From an uncultured Actinomycetes bacterium (lineage in GTDB: Bacteria; Actinomycetota; Thermoleophilia; Solirubrobacterales; 70-9), in contig CAWGQQ010000002.1 in the NCBI GenBank assembly GCA_963824865.1, positions 113,188-177,187 of the forward strand: a DNA stretch of 64,000 nt, in the 5' to 3' direction. This document shows, in pieces, positions 19,770 to 28,838 of the stretch. The first letter of the stretch is position 1; each line of letters begins with the position of its first letter. Both the position numbers and the translations under genes were made by a program. The notes under the pieces are model-generated. The model saw nothing but the letters and a program-made list of their open reading frames with translations. It was not told the DNA's origin and made no database searches.

Positions 19770-21281
19770 ATGAATCGCGACGCTCGCAACAGCGAGTCGT
19801 CCCACGGGGGCGACACGATCAGCCGCAACGCCGTCTTCGCGTTCGCCACGCAGATGAGCACGGCTGCGTTCACGGCCGCGCTCACGATCTACCTGGTGCG
19901 GGCGCTGGGCCCAGCAGGGTATGGGACGCTCTCGCTCGCGGTGGGGGTCACAGGGGTACTGCTGCGGCCGTCCGGCGCCGGCACCAGCCACGCGGCCGGC
20001 CGGTTCGTTGCGGAGCGGTATGGCGACATGAAGGGCATCGCCGCCGTGCTCGGCATGGCATTGCCGATTCGCCTGATGACCGCAGCCAGCGTCTCGGTGG
20101 CGCTGTTCGCGCTCGCCGGACCGATTTCGGATGTCTATGACGCGCCGGAGCTGGCCTGGCCGCTCAGGGGGGTGGCGATCGCCTTCTTCGGACAGAGCAT
20201 CACGGAATTCATGCGGACCATCTTCGTTTCGCTTCGACGGACCTCCAGCGGCTTCAAGCTGATCCTCTCGGAGTCGGCGATGGAGTTCGTGGCCACCGTA
20301 GCCCTGGTCGCGTTCGGCGGGGGAGTTACGGGCGCAGCCTTCGGGAGGGCAGTGGGCTATGTGTTCGGCGCCGTCATCGGGGTGCTCCTGCTGGCCAGGC
20401 TCTTGGGCCGGTCGCCGCTCTTCGGGAGGGGCCCGAGCCCCGTCAGGCGACGGGAGTTCATGAGCTACGCCGGGGCGATGCTGATCGTGACTGGGGCGGG
20501 GTCCCTCTTCAGCTACCTCGACGTGCTGCTGATCGGTGCCTTCCTCACCACCACCGCCGTCGGTCTCTACAGCGCGCCCCTGCGCCTGATCGCGCTCGTT
20601 CAGTACCCCGCGCGGGCCCTCGCGCAGGGAGTGGCGCCGCGAATGGCTCGTCACCCCGATGACCCTCCCAACGTCGCCGCGCTTGAGCGAGCGATCGGCT
20701 ACGTCGTGATCCTCCAGGCCGGGGTGGTGGTGTTCCTGACCTTGTGGGCGGATCCCATCGTGAGTCTGTTGCTCGGGTCGGAGTTCTCGGAGTCAGCCGA
20801 GGTCCTGAGGGCGCTGGGCCCCTTCATCTTCATGACGGCGGTTGGCTCCCTGCTGACCTCGCCGCTCAACTACGCGGGCGAGGGAAGGCGGCGGATCCCA
20901 ATTTCGATCGCCACCGTGGTCTTGAACGTGGCGATCGACCTGGTCCTGATTCCGGAGATGGGCATCCTCGGCGCCGCGGTCGGAACCGACGTTGCATACG
21001 CCCTCTACGGGGGCTCTCACCTGTGGCTGTGTCACCGGCTGCTCGGCCTCCCACTGAGGCCGCTCGCGGCGACGGCCGCCCGAGCGCTCGTCGCCGCCGG
21101 GGCGATGGCCGCGGTTCTCGCACTGGTCGGCACCGGAAGCCTTTCGCCGCTCGAGTGGCTCGTCGGCCTGCCCGTCGCCGGCGCTGCCTTCGTGGCCGCT
21201 CTGCTCGCCACTCGGGCGCTGTCGCTGGGCGAGATCCGGGCAATGGTCAGATTGCTCAAAAAAACGCTTCGCCGTGGCTGA
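19770..21281 (+). CDS. MOP-superfamily polysaccharide/oligosaccharide flippase (Wzx-like)
   Basis: 503 aa, multi-pass and hydrophobic throughout (12-14 TM helices by eye). N-terminal ..ISRNAVFAFATQMSTAAFTAALTIYLVRALGPAGYG.. is typical of polysaccharide biosynthesis (Wzx) proteins. Confidence 0.8.
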   Translation: MNRDARNSESSHGGDTISRNAVFAFATQMSTAAFTAALTIYLVRALGPAGYGTLSLAVGVTGVLLRPSGAGTSHAAGRFVAERYGDMKGIAAVLGMALPIRLMTAASVSVALFALAGPISDVYDAPELAWPLRGVAIAFFGQSITEFMRTIFVSLRRTSSGFKLILSESAMEFVATVALVAFGGGVTGAAFGRAVGYVFGAVIGVLLLARLLGRSPLFGRGPSPVRRREFMSYAGAMLIVTGAGSLFSYLDVLLIGAFLTTTAVGLYSAPLRLIALVQYPARALAQGVAPRMARHPDDPPNVAALERAIGYVVILQAGVVVFLTLWADPIVSLLLGSEFSESAEVLRALGPFIFMTAVGSLLTSPLNYAGEGRRRIPISIATVVLNVAIDLVLIPEMGILGAAVGTDVAYALYGGSHLWLCHRLLGLPLRPLAATAARALVAAGAMAAVLALVGTGSLSPLEWLVGLPVAGAAFVAALLATRALSLGEIRAMVRLLKKTLRRG

Positions 21282-21305
21282 CGCGTCAACTACCCTGGTC
21301 GGCTG

Positions 21306-22254
21306 ATGTCAGTGCTCATCACGGGTGTGGCGGGCTTCATCGGCTCGCATCTGGCGGAGCGGCTTGTCGACTCCGGGGAGAGGGTGGTCGGGACAGATGG
21401 CTTCACGACCTACTACGACCCCACCCTGAAACGGAGGAACATCGAGGGTCTGGCGCGGCTCCGAGCGCTTCCGGCTGGTCGAGGGGAACCTCCGCGACCT
21501 CGAGCTGAGCGGTCTCCTTGCTGGAGTCGACGTCGTCTATCACCTCGCCGGCCAGCCGGGCGTCCGGCGAAGCTGGGGACGAGAGTTCGAGATCTATCTG
21601 AACGAGAACCTGCTCGCGACCCAGTTACTGCTGGAGGCCGTCCGTGAGACGGACGTGCGGCGATTCGTGTTCGCGTCGTCCTCGTCGGTGTACGGCGATG
21701 CCGAGCGCCTTCCAACGTGCGAGTCGGACACGCCGCAACCGGTTTCCCCCTACGGGGTCACCAAGCTCGCCTGCGAGCACCTCTGCCACCTTTACTTCTC
21801 GCGCTTCGGTGTACCGACGGTGCCGCTGCGGTACTTCACCGTCTTCGGACCGCGCCAGCGACCCGACATGGCTTTCACCCGCTTTATCGAAGCTGCGACA
21901 GAGGACCGGGAGATCGAGATCTTCGGCGACGGGCTGCAGAGCCGCGATTTCACGTACGTCGACGATGCGGTCAGCGCGACGATCGCAGCGTCGTCGCAGG
22001 GGCGGCCGGGCGAGGTGTACAACGTCGCGGGGGGCTCCCAGGCCACGGTGCTCCAAGTGATCGAGATCCTCGGCGACCTGCTCGGGCGCAACGTGTCGAT
22101 GCGAGAGCTGCCCCCAGTTCCGGGCGACGTGCGACACACCGGAGCTGACATCACCAAGGCGCAACGCGATCTCGGGTACGAGCCGGGAACGAGACTCAGG
22201 GAAGGCTTGGCCCAACAGCTCTCCGCGCAGAGCCCGGCTCTACACCGCAGCTGA
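21306..22254 (+). CDS. NAD-dependent sugar epimerase/dehydratase, one apparent frameshift near 21450-21462
   Basis: MSVLITGVAGFIGSHL.. in ORF 21306..21647, then ..FRLVEGNLRDLE..VVYHLAGQPGVRRSW..SSSSVYG..PVSPYGVTKLA.. in the frame of ORF 21655..22254 (Rossmann GxxGxxG and YxxxK). Confidence 0.85.
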
Positions 22255-22269
22255 CGACGCGTAACCGTC

Positions 22270-23157
22270 TCAGTCACCGGCGAGGTAGCGTGCCACGGAC
22301 GGCGCGGGAGGAGAGATCTCCCCCGGGGCGCGAAGGCTGTAGCCGTAGGGCGCTATGCGGTCCTCGAACGAGCTCTCGAGGTGGCCAAGGTATGAGCGCT
22401 TGACAAAGTTGGCGCTGTTCCTGTTCCAGCGACTGATGTAGCCCTCGTTGAGGGCTGCCTTCACCTCCCAATCATCGTCGATGGGTTGGAGCCCGCTGAA
22501 CCGGAAGACCCTTGCGAGCTCCCGCGGGCAGTCGGCGACCAGGTCTTCGTAGCGAACCAGCGCCACGTTGTCCAGGAGCGGCGCATCGGCGAGGAAACGC
22601 TCATGCGCCTCGACCCAATGCTCCAGGAGGGCATGGAGGCTGGCTTGAAGCGGGCCCAGGCGGGCGGCAAGCCTCGGTGGCACCCAAGCGAACAAGCGAC
22701 TCCATCTCTTGGTCGCATATGCGACGGCAATCGGGTGCCTGATCACGGCCAGGAAATACGACTGGCCGGGGAACAGCGCTTGCAGGAAGCGCATCCTGAT
22801 CAAGTTCGGGGGTGACTTCTCCAAAAGGACTGGCTTTGCCAGGTCCCAGTGCGAGCTCCACGCGGACCAGACACGGCGGCGGCTCTCGTCAGAAACAAGC
22901 CGCGAAGTCTCCGTGAGGTGGGCCTCGTCGTCGAACGCGAACCGACCAGGACCACCGTGAGGAACTGCCGTCGGATAGACGTCCTGGAGATGCTGCCCCT
23001 CGTCCTCCCAGACCCCGGTGTTCCAGAACGCGCTGACCTCGGGATGCTGAGCGATCCAGCGGGCCACCGGCGTGGTGCCGCTCCGGTGGAGTCCACCGAC
23101 GAACAGAATCCTGTGCCCTTCGATCATGGTTGGGTGACGCGTCGGTCTGATCGCCAT
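22270..23157 (-). CDS. sulfotransferase-family protein
   Basis: ILFVGGLHRSGTT (PAPS 5'-phosphosulfate-binding loop), ..LLEKSPPNLIRMRFLQALFP... Start taken at MAIRPTRHP (23157); MIEG at 23127 is also possible. GC lower than backbone. Confidence 0.7.
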   Translation of the reverse strand: MAIRPTRHPTMIEGHRILFVGGLHRSGTTPVARWIAQHPEVSAFWNTGVWEDEGQHLQDVYPTAVPHGGPGRFAFDDEAHLTETSRLVSDESRRRVWSAWSSHWDLAKPVLLEKSPPNLIRMRFLQALFPGQSYFLAVIRHPIAVAYATKRWSRLFAWVPPRLAARLGPLQASLHALLEHWVEAHERFLADAPLLDNVALVRYEDLVADCPRELARVFRFSGLQPIDDDWEVKAALNEGYISRWNRNSANFVKRSYLGHLESSFEDRIAPYGYSLRAPGEISPPAPSVARYLAGD

Positions 23158-23202
23158 CGAAATCACTGTAGCCCGGATGGAAGCAGGGGCTATATTGGCC
23201 GG

Positions 23203-24120
23203 ATGCTGAGAGGCCCGGACTTCTTCATCGTCGGAGCGCCCAAGTGCGGGACCACCGCGATGACGGATTACCTGGGCCAGCACCCGGAGATCGGCATGTG
23301 CGCCCAAAAGGAGACGCAGCATTTCGCCACCGATCTATACCCCCGGTTCGAAATAAGGAGTCGCCACGAGTGGCTGACGCAAGACGAGTACATGAAGCTG
23401 TTCGAGGGCGCGCAGAACAGGAAGAGGCTCGGCGAGGCCTCGGTCTGGTACCTGTACTCGTCCGCCGCCCCGCGCGAGATCAATGAGTTCTCGCCGGCAG
23501 CGGACATCATCGTGATGCTGCGCAATCCGCTCCAGGCGCTGCCGTCGCTCCACTCCCAGTTCGTGTTTATGGGAATCGAGCCCGTGGAGGATTTCGAGCG
23601 GGCCCTGGACCTCGACGAGGAGCGGGAGCGGGACGGAGCACCGAAGGGCTTTCCGCCACACTCCTACAGGTCGGCCGTCCGGTACTCCGAGCAGCTGAAG
23701 CGGTACCTCGACGTGTTTGGCCGCGACAGGGTCCACGTTGTCATCTACGACAGGTTTCGGGAACGCACACTTGACGAGTATCGTGCGACGTGTGAGTTCC
23801 TCCGTGTGAATCCGAGCTTCACCCCGGAGATCAGCGTCGTGAACCCCAACAAGCGCGTTAGGAGTAGGGCGCTGCGGAACCTGGCGGAGCGTACGCCGGA
23901 GCCGCTCCGCCAGGTGATCCACGTCGGCACCTCTCAGAGGCTTCGGCGGAGGACCGGGCTCGCTCTGAGGCGATTGAACACGAGGTTCGAGCCGCGGGAG
24001 CCGGTGCGGGACCAGGTGATGCAGTCACTCCGCCCCCTGGTCGCCCGCGAGGTCAGCGAGCTGCGGGCCCTGCTTGGGGTGGATCTGAGCTTCTGGCTCG
24101 ATCAGTCACCGGGGCAGTAG
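23203..24120 (+). CDS. sulfotransferase-domain protein (Sulfotransfer_1-like)
   Basis: MLRGPDFFIVGAPKCGTTAMTDYL (5'-PSB loop), ..IIVMLRNPLQALPSLHSQ.. (3'-PB region). Divergent from the other sulfotransferase. Confidence 0.75.
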   Translation: MLRGPDFFIVGAPKCGTTAMTDYLGQHPEIGMCAQKETQHFATDLYPRFEIRSRHEWLTQDEYMKLFEGAQNRKRLGEASVWYLYSSAAPREINEFSPAADIIVMLRNPLQALPSLHSQFVFMGIEPVEDFERALDLDEERERDGAPKGFPPHSYRSAVRYSEQLKRYLDVFGRDRVHVVIYDRFRERTLDEYRATCEFLRVNPSFTPEISVVNPNKRVRSRALRNLAERTPEPLRQVIHVGTSQRLRRRTGLALRRLNTRFEPREPVRDQVMQSLRPLVAREVSELRALLGVDLSFWLDQSPGQ

Positions 24121-24193
24121 AAACTGCGACCGTCGTGGCCGATAGCCTGAGTTCCAGGATGCACGGGCCTCAAGGCGTCGCCGACCGTACGGG

Positions 24194-25381
24194 TTGAGAC
24201 CAGTGCCAGTCGCGCCGCGCAAGGGCGGGAGGCTGACGGTGGTGACGCTCATCGACATCGTCGGCGTAGGGGGTGGTGGGGAGCGGCTGGCGATGGAGGT
24301 GGTCAAGCGCCTCGACCCGGATCGGTTCGAGCGCATCCTCTGCGTCAGCCGCTGGTCCGCCGATGAAGCGAGCGACTTGGAGGGCGCGGCGCTCGATGAG
24401 CTGCGCCGATCCGGAGTGCGGTTCCTGGGGCTCGAGCGCAGCTCTGCGGCGGCCGTTTGGTCGTGGCGTCCGCTGGTCTCGCTCCTTCGCTCCGAGCCGG
24501 TCGACGTCCTCCACGCTCACAAGTTCGGTTCGAACGTGTGGGCCGCCGTCTTGGGAAGGTTCGCCCGCACGCCCGTGGTGATAGCCCACGAGCACACCTG
24601 GTCGTACGAGGGCCAGCCGCTCCGGCGACTGCTCGACCGCTACCTGATCGCGCCGCGCGTCGATGCCTTCGTCGCTGTCTCTCGGGAGGACCGACGGCGG
24701 ATGATCGAGGTTGAGGGAATCAGCGCGGAGAAGATCCGCTTCATTCCCAATGGCATTGCGACGATGCCCCGGGATCGGGGCAACGACTTGCGCGCCGAGT
24801 TCGGAATCGACGCCCGGGACCCAGTGATTGGGGCCGTTTCCGGCTTGCGAGCACAGAAGGCGTACGACGTGCTCTTACGCGCCGCTGCGATACTGAGGCC
24901 GCAGTTCCCGCGCCTGCGGGTGCTGATCGCCGGGTGGGGCGAGGAGAGGGCCCACCTCGAGGCGCTGATCGACGAACTGGGACTCGAACGGACAGTGACG
25001 CTGCTCGGGCACCGTGCGGACATTCCGGACTTCCTCGAGGCCCTGGACGTGGCCGTATCCTCGTCCGACTTCGAGGGCAGCCCACTCTCGATCATGGAGT
25101 ACATGGAGGCTGGTAAGCCGGTCGTCGCTACTCGCGTCGGGGGTGTGCCAGACCTGATCGAACAGGGGGTTCACGGGCTGCTCGTGGAGCGGCGGAACCC
25201 GAGCGCTCTTGCCGCTTCGATCGCAGAGCTCCTCCGCGATCCGGATCGAGCCGCCAAGATGGGCGTGCGCGGCCGCGAGAGGCGGCGCAGCGAATTCGAT
25301 ATCGAGGTTACCCGGCGCAGGTTCGAGGAGCTCTACGAGGAACTCTGGACCGCCGCGCGAGCCGATCATTCGTCCAGATAG
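24194..25381 (+). CDS. GT4-family glycosyltransferase
   Basis: ..VLHAHKFGSNVWAA.., ..GRADIPDFLEALDVAVSSSDFEGSPLSIMEYMEAGKPVVATRVGGVPDLI.. (E-x7-E region). Start (TTG 24194 or a downstream GTG) uncertain. Confidence 0.85.
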   Translation: MRPVPVAPRKGGRLTVVTLIDIVGVGGGGERLAMEVVKRLDPDRFERILCVSRWSADEASDLEGAALDELRRSGVRFLGLERSSAAAVWSWRPLVSLLRSEPVDVLHAHKFGSNVWAAVLGRFARTPVVIAHEHTWSYEGQPLRRLLDRYLIAPRVDAFVAVSREDRRRMIEVEGISAEKIRFIPNGIATMPRDRGNDLRAEFGIDARDPVIGAVSGLRAQKAYDVLLRAAAILRPQFPRLRVLIAGWGEERAHLEALIDELGLERTVTLLGHRADIPDFLEALDVAVSSSDFEGSPLSIMEYMEAGKPVVATRVGGVPDLIEQGVHGLLVERRNPSALAASIAELLRDPDRAAKMGVRGRERRRSEFDIEVTRRRFEELYEELWTAARADHSSR

Positions 25382-25425
25382 CCGGGCTGATCTGAAGATC
25401 GCCGAAGCTGCGGCCGACTCTCCGG

Positions 25426-26634
25426 GTGATGCTGCGAATCGCCCGCCCGCCAGTCGCCCTTGCCGCTTTGGCCCTGCTGCTGGCAGTCGCCGTGCTCGCC
25501 GGGCTGCGCCCGTTGCCCAGCGCTTCGGCGGCAGGCTCATCGGCTCGCTGCGGCGTCGCGAAGGACGGAACCGGCGCGAGCGAAGCGCTTAAGGGCACCG
25601 CCGGCCACGATGCGATCAAGGGCGCGGGCGGCCGCGACCTGATCAAGGGGCTGGGCGACGGCGACTGCCTGCGCGGAGGCACGGGTGCCGACACGGTCAG
25701 GGGCGGCCCCGGTCGCGACCTTCTCGACGGGGGTCCAGGGCGTGACAAGCTGGTGGCGGCCGACGGCCAACGCGACGTGGTCCGCTGTGGACGGGGCAGG
25801 GACCTGGCCCGCGTCGACGCAAAGGACACGACCAGAGGCTGCGAAAGGACGAGGCGTCCTGCCGACGGCGGAAACCCCGGCGGCGGTGGCGGCGGAATCC
25901 CCGGCGGCGGTGCCGGGTATCCCTCGCTCGCCGATGTCGATTGGGAAGGCGACTTCGACTCCGGCTGTCAGCTCACCGGATCACTCTCCGGAGCGTGGGA
26001 CAACAACGCGACCAACGCCGACTCGACCGGCAGCCAGACGACGATTGAGCGCACTGTTGTGGGCGAGGGCCAGTGCGCCGCGAAGTTCGTCAACAATGCC
26101 TCGAACACCATGACCCGCGCGGAGCTTGCGCGTTCCGCCACCGGCGACGATCCCGAGTTCACCTACGAGGTGCTGGTGCGGGTGCCTTCCGGCCAGACGT
26201 TCCCGGATGGCGCCAACATCACGCAGACCATGATGGAGAAAGGCGACGGCGACGGATGCTACGGGGGAGGGTGGAAGATAAGCGACGGCACGGGAAGCAG
26301 CGGCGGTGAGCTCGAATTGCGGACCGTCCCGGCGTGCACCCGCCCCCAGACAAAGCAAAGCTTCCCTGCTGGGGAGCTGCCCCGCGACAGGTGGTTTGCG
26401 CTCAAGGTCCACGAAAAGTTCTCGAACGATCCTCAGGTGGGTTTCGTTCACGCGTGGATGGACGCCGATGGTCCAGGCCCCGTCGGGTACGTCGAGGTGG
26501 TGCCAAAGACCCACGTTGACAACGAGACCGGCCGGCAGGTGCGGCTGCGCATCGGCTCCTACCGGCAGGCCTCCGACCACACGAACGTTCTCTACATGGA
26601 CGGCTACCACCTCGACTGCATCTTCCACTGCTGA
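25426..26634 (+). CDS. secreted protein: hemolysin-type Ca-binding (RTX-like) repeats plus a jelly-roll polysaccharide-lyase-like domain
   Basis: Signal peptide ..ALAALALLLAVAVLAGL..ASA; repeats GTAGHDAIKGAGGRDLIKGLGDGDCLRGGTGADTVRGGPGRDLLDGGPGRDKL. The C-terminal pattern RAEL..FTYEV..ITQ..WFALKVHEKFSNDPQVGFVHAWMD..RLRIGSYRQ resembles the PF14099/PL20-type fold. The fold call is low confidence. Confidence 0.55.
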   Translation: MMLRIARPPVALAALALLLAVAVLAGLRPLPSASAAGSSARCGVAKDGTGASEALKGTAGHDAIKGAGGRDLIKGLGDGDCLRGGTGADTVRGGPGRDLLDGGPGRDKLVAADGQRDVVRCGRGRDLARVDAKDTTRGCERTRRPADGGNPGGGGGGIPGGGAGYPSLADVDWEGDFDSGCQLTGSLSGAWDNNATNADSTGSQTTIERTVVGEGQCAAKFVNNASNTMTRAELARSATGDDPEFTYEVLVRVPSGQTFPDGANITQTMMEKGDGDGCYGGGWKISDGTGSSGGELELRTVPACTRPQTKQSFPAGELPRDRWFALKVHEKFSNDPQVGFVHAWMDADGPGPVGYVEVVPKTHVDNETGRQVRLRIGSYRQASDHTNVLYMDGYHLDCIFHC

Positions 26635-26726
26635 GCACGTCCGCGGTCTGCTCCACCCGGATTTCAACGTTCCCATCCGAAGAGTCAGGGATGGAGCATT
26701 GAGCGTGCGCGGCTGGCGAGGTGCCG

Positions 26727-27488
26727 CTAGCCGCGGCCCGGGCGCAGCGCGTGCAGCACGCTCCACGCGGCACTGGCCCTGAGCTTGCGAACGACGGGTG
26801 AGACCTTCCATCGGAAGCGGCGCTCGTCGTCGGCGCGAGTGACGACGATGCGGGGCCAATCCAGCGGCCCGGTCGGCCGCTTCAGCCTCGCGGGGAGGGT
26901 GCCGGCGGCGTGGTACCCCGCATGCCTCGCGGCCTCGACGACGCGAGCGTCGTAGTCGCCGTAGGGATAGGCGAGAGAGGGGCATGGCCGTGCCAGGCGC
27001 CGCTCTATCTCCTGACGCGACGTCTCGAGCTCGTCCTTCAGCGCGGCATCGTCGAGCGTCGGGAGCCGTGGATGGGAACGGGTGTGGGAGCCGATCTCCC
27101 AGCCGGCCTCCGCGAGGCGATCCAGCTCCTCCCACGACATGGGCACCAGCTCCTCGGCGTGCTCTGTGTCACGCCAGTGGTCGACGCCGGGCCAGGCCAT
27201 CGGCTCCTCGCTGCCCACGTACGCGGTGGGCGCGAACACTGTTGCCACGAACCCCACCCCCGAGAGGATCGGGAGCGCAAGCTTGATCACCGAGCGGTAT
27301 GCGTCGTCGAACGTGATCGCCAACGTCTTCGGTGTGGGCCCGGTGACGGCTTCGTGGAAAGTCACGCCCCGGTAGCCCCGATCCGCGAGCATCGAGACGT
27401 GCTCCTCCAGGTGCTGGGGTGCGATCGACAGTGACGCGGGCCAGCGCTCGCTGACGGCGTGATAGCCGAGGGCGAGCACGTCACTCAA
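26727..27488 (-). CDS. polysaccharide deacetylase (CE4/NodB-like)
   Basis: LGYHAV.., ITFDDAYRS.., IGSHTRSHPRL.., AYPYGDYD... Confidence 0.8.
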   Translation of the reverse strand: MSDVLALGYHAVSERWPASLSIAPQHLEEHVSMLADRGYRGVTFHEAVTGPTPKTLAITFDDAYRSVIKLALPILSGVGFVATVFAPTAYVGSEEPMAWPGVDHWRDTEHAEELVPMSWEELDRLAEAGWEIGSHTRSHPRLPTLDDAALKDELETSRQEIERRLARPCPSLAYPYGDYDARVVEAARHAGYHAAGTLPARLKRPTGPLDWPRIVVTRADDERRFRWKVSPVVRKLRASAAWSVLHALRPGRG

Positions 27489-28800
27489 CTCCTTGGAGGT
27501 CGCTCCGGGAGCGAGCGATGGCCAGGAGTGCCGGCGCCAGTCCGAGCAGCAGCCAGATGTCCTTGGCGTACACCCTCGAGGTGAAGAAGGCGCCCGCCAA
27601 GAAGCCTGCCAGAGCGACGAACAGGGCGCGGGCGAGCATCTCCATGGGGAGATCTCGCTGCCGGACGAACAATCGCGCCGCCTTGAGGGTCGACTGGAGA
27701 CAGAATCCGACGATCAACAGGAAGAGCATCAGCCCGACGAGCCCAGCCTCCGCCCACATCTGGAGGTAGGTGTTGTGCCCGACCTTGGGTGTACCGACGA
27801 TGTACTTGCCTCGAACGTTTGCGCCCGGCTGAAGCAGGTAATGCACTGAGGACACCGGAAAGTTGCCGATACCGACGCCGTGCACAGGCTGGTCCTCGAC
27901 CATTCGCCAGCCGACCGTCCAGAGGTCCACCCGGCCCGAGCCGCTGCCGATGCTCGAGACGTGGCCGCGCAGATCTGGGGAGGCGACGTACCGGTAGTAA
28001 CCGACGCCGGCGAGAGTCAAGGCGAGCATGAGGACGACTAGCCGCCCGCGCCATCGGGAGCCGACGACAATAAACGCGGCCAGCCCGACGGCGAGGGCGA
28101 TCAGGCCACCCCGCGAGCCGGTGAGGAAGACTCCGGCGGCGCACAAGCCGGCAGCGCCCAGGGCTGCGAAGCGCGCCGGCGGGGATCGCTTCAATGCCGC
28201 GGCGAGGCCGAGGCTCAGTGCCAGGCCGGCCACAAGCAACGCTGCCAGCTCTCCCGGCCTGGCGATCGAGCTGCCGAGGCGCGCTGAATTGTCCAGGGTC
28301 GCAGGAGTGAAGATCAGCCCGTAAAGCGCGTTGATGGAGGCTCCGGCGACAAAGGCGGCCACGATTCCGATCGCCTGGGTGCGTGTGCGAACGGCCGTGA
28401 AGATGATCAGGAACAGGATGGCGTTGAGCGCCAGGCGGGAGAACCCGGTGAGGGCCTCGCCCGGGTCCTCCGCCCAGATTTGGCTGAGCGCTGCCCAGCT
28501 CAAGAACAGCACCAGCGCGTATGTGAGCCCGGGATGTGCCGACATGAAGTCCGACCTGGCGTCCCGTCGTGTGGCCAAGGTCGCGAGCCACGAGATCGCC
28601 AGCAGCAGCCCGGCGAGCTTGGCGAAGGTGAGCCCGGGCCCGGCGAGGGTCGGCACCTGGGAGGCGAAGGTGAGAAGCGTGAACAAGACCAGACCCACGT
28701 AGAGGTCGGCGAGCACGAGGAGCACGAACCCGAGGCTGATCGCAGCCGCGATCGCGAGGCGCGGGTCGATTCCGGCCAGCAGGCCGACCGAGCCGGCCAT
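27481..28800 (-). CDS. O-antigen ligase / Wzy_C-domain membrane protein (polymerase or ligase)
   Basis: Start taken at MAGSVGLLAG (28800). About 10-12 TM helices, with ..FLTGSRGGLIALAVG.. and a large loop ..GRVDLWTVGWRMVEDQPVHGVGIGNF..GHNTYLQMWAEAGLVG.. typical of Wzy_C. The upstream part of ORF 27481..29169 is Arg/Pro-rich non-coding-looking sequence. Confidence 0.75.
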   Translation of the reverse strand: MAGSVGLLAGIDPRLAIAAAISLGFVLLVLADLYVGLVLFTLLTFASQVPTLAGPGLTFAKLAGLLLAISWLATLATRRDARSDFMSAHPGLTYALVLFLSWAALSQIWAEDPGEALTGFSRLALNAILFLIIFTAVRTRTQAIGIVAAFVAGASINALYGLIFTPATLDNSARLGSSIARPGELAALLVAGLALSLGLAAALKRSPPARFAALGAAGLCAAGVFLTGSRGGLIALAVGLAAFIVVGSRWRGRLVVLMLALTLAGVGYYRYVASPDLRGHVSSIGSGSGRVDLWTVGWRMVEDQPVHGVGIGNFPVSSVHYLLQPGANVRGKYIVGTPKVGHNTYLQMWAEAGLVGLMLFLLIVGFCLQSTLKAARLFVRQRDLPMEMLARALFVALAGFLAGAFFTSRVYAKDIWLLLGLAPALLAIARSRSDLQGVE

Positions 28801-28838
28801 GACGCCGAGGGTGGCCGACAGCCCCCATCTGCCGAGAC

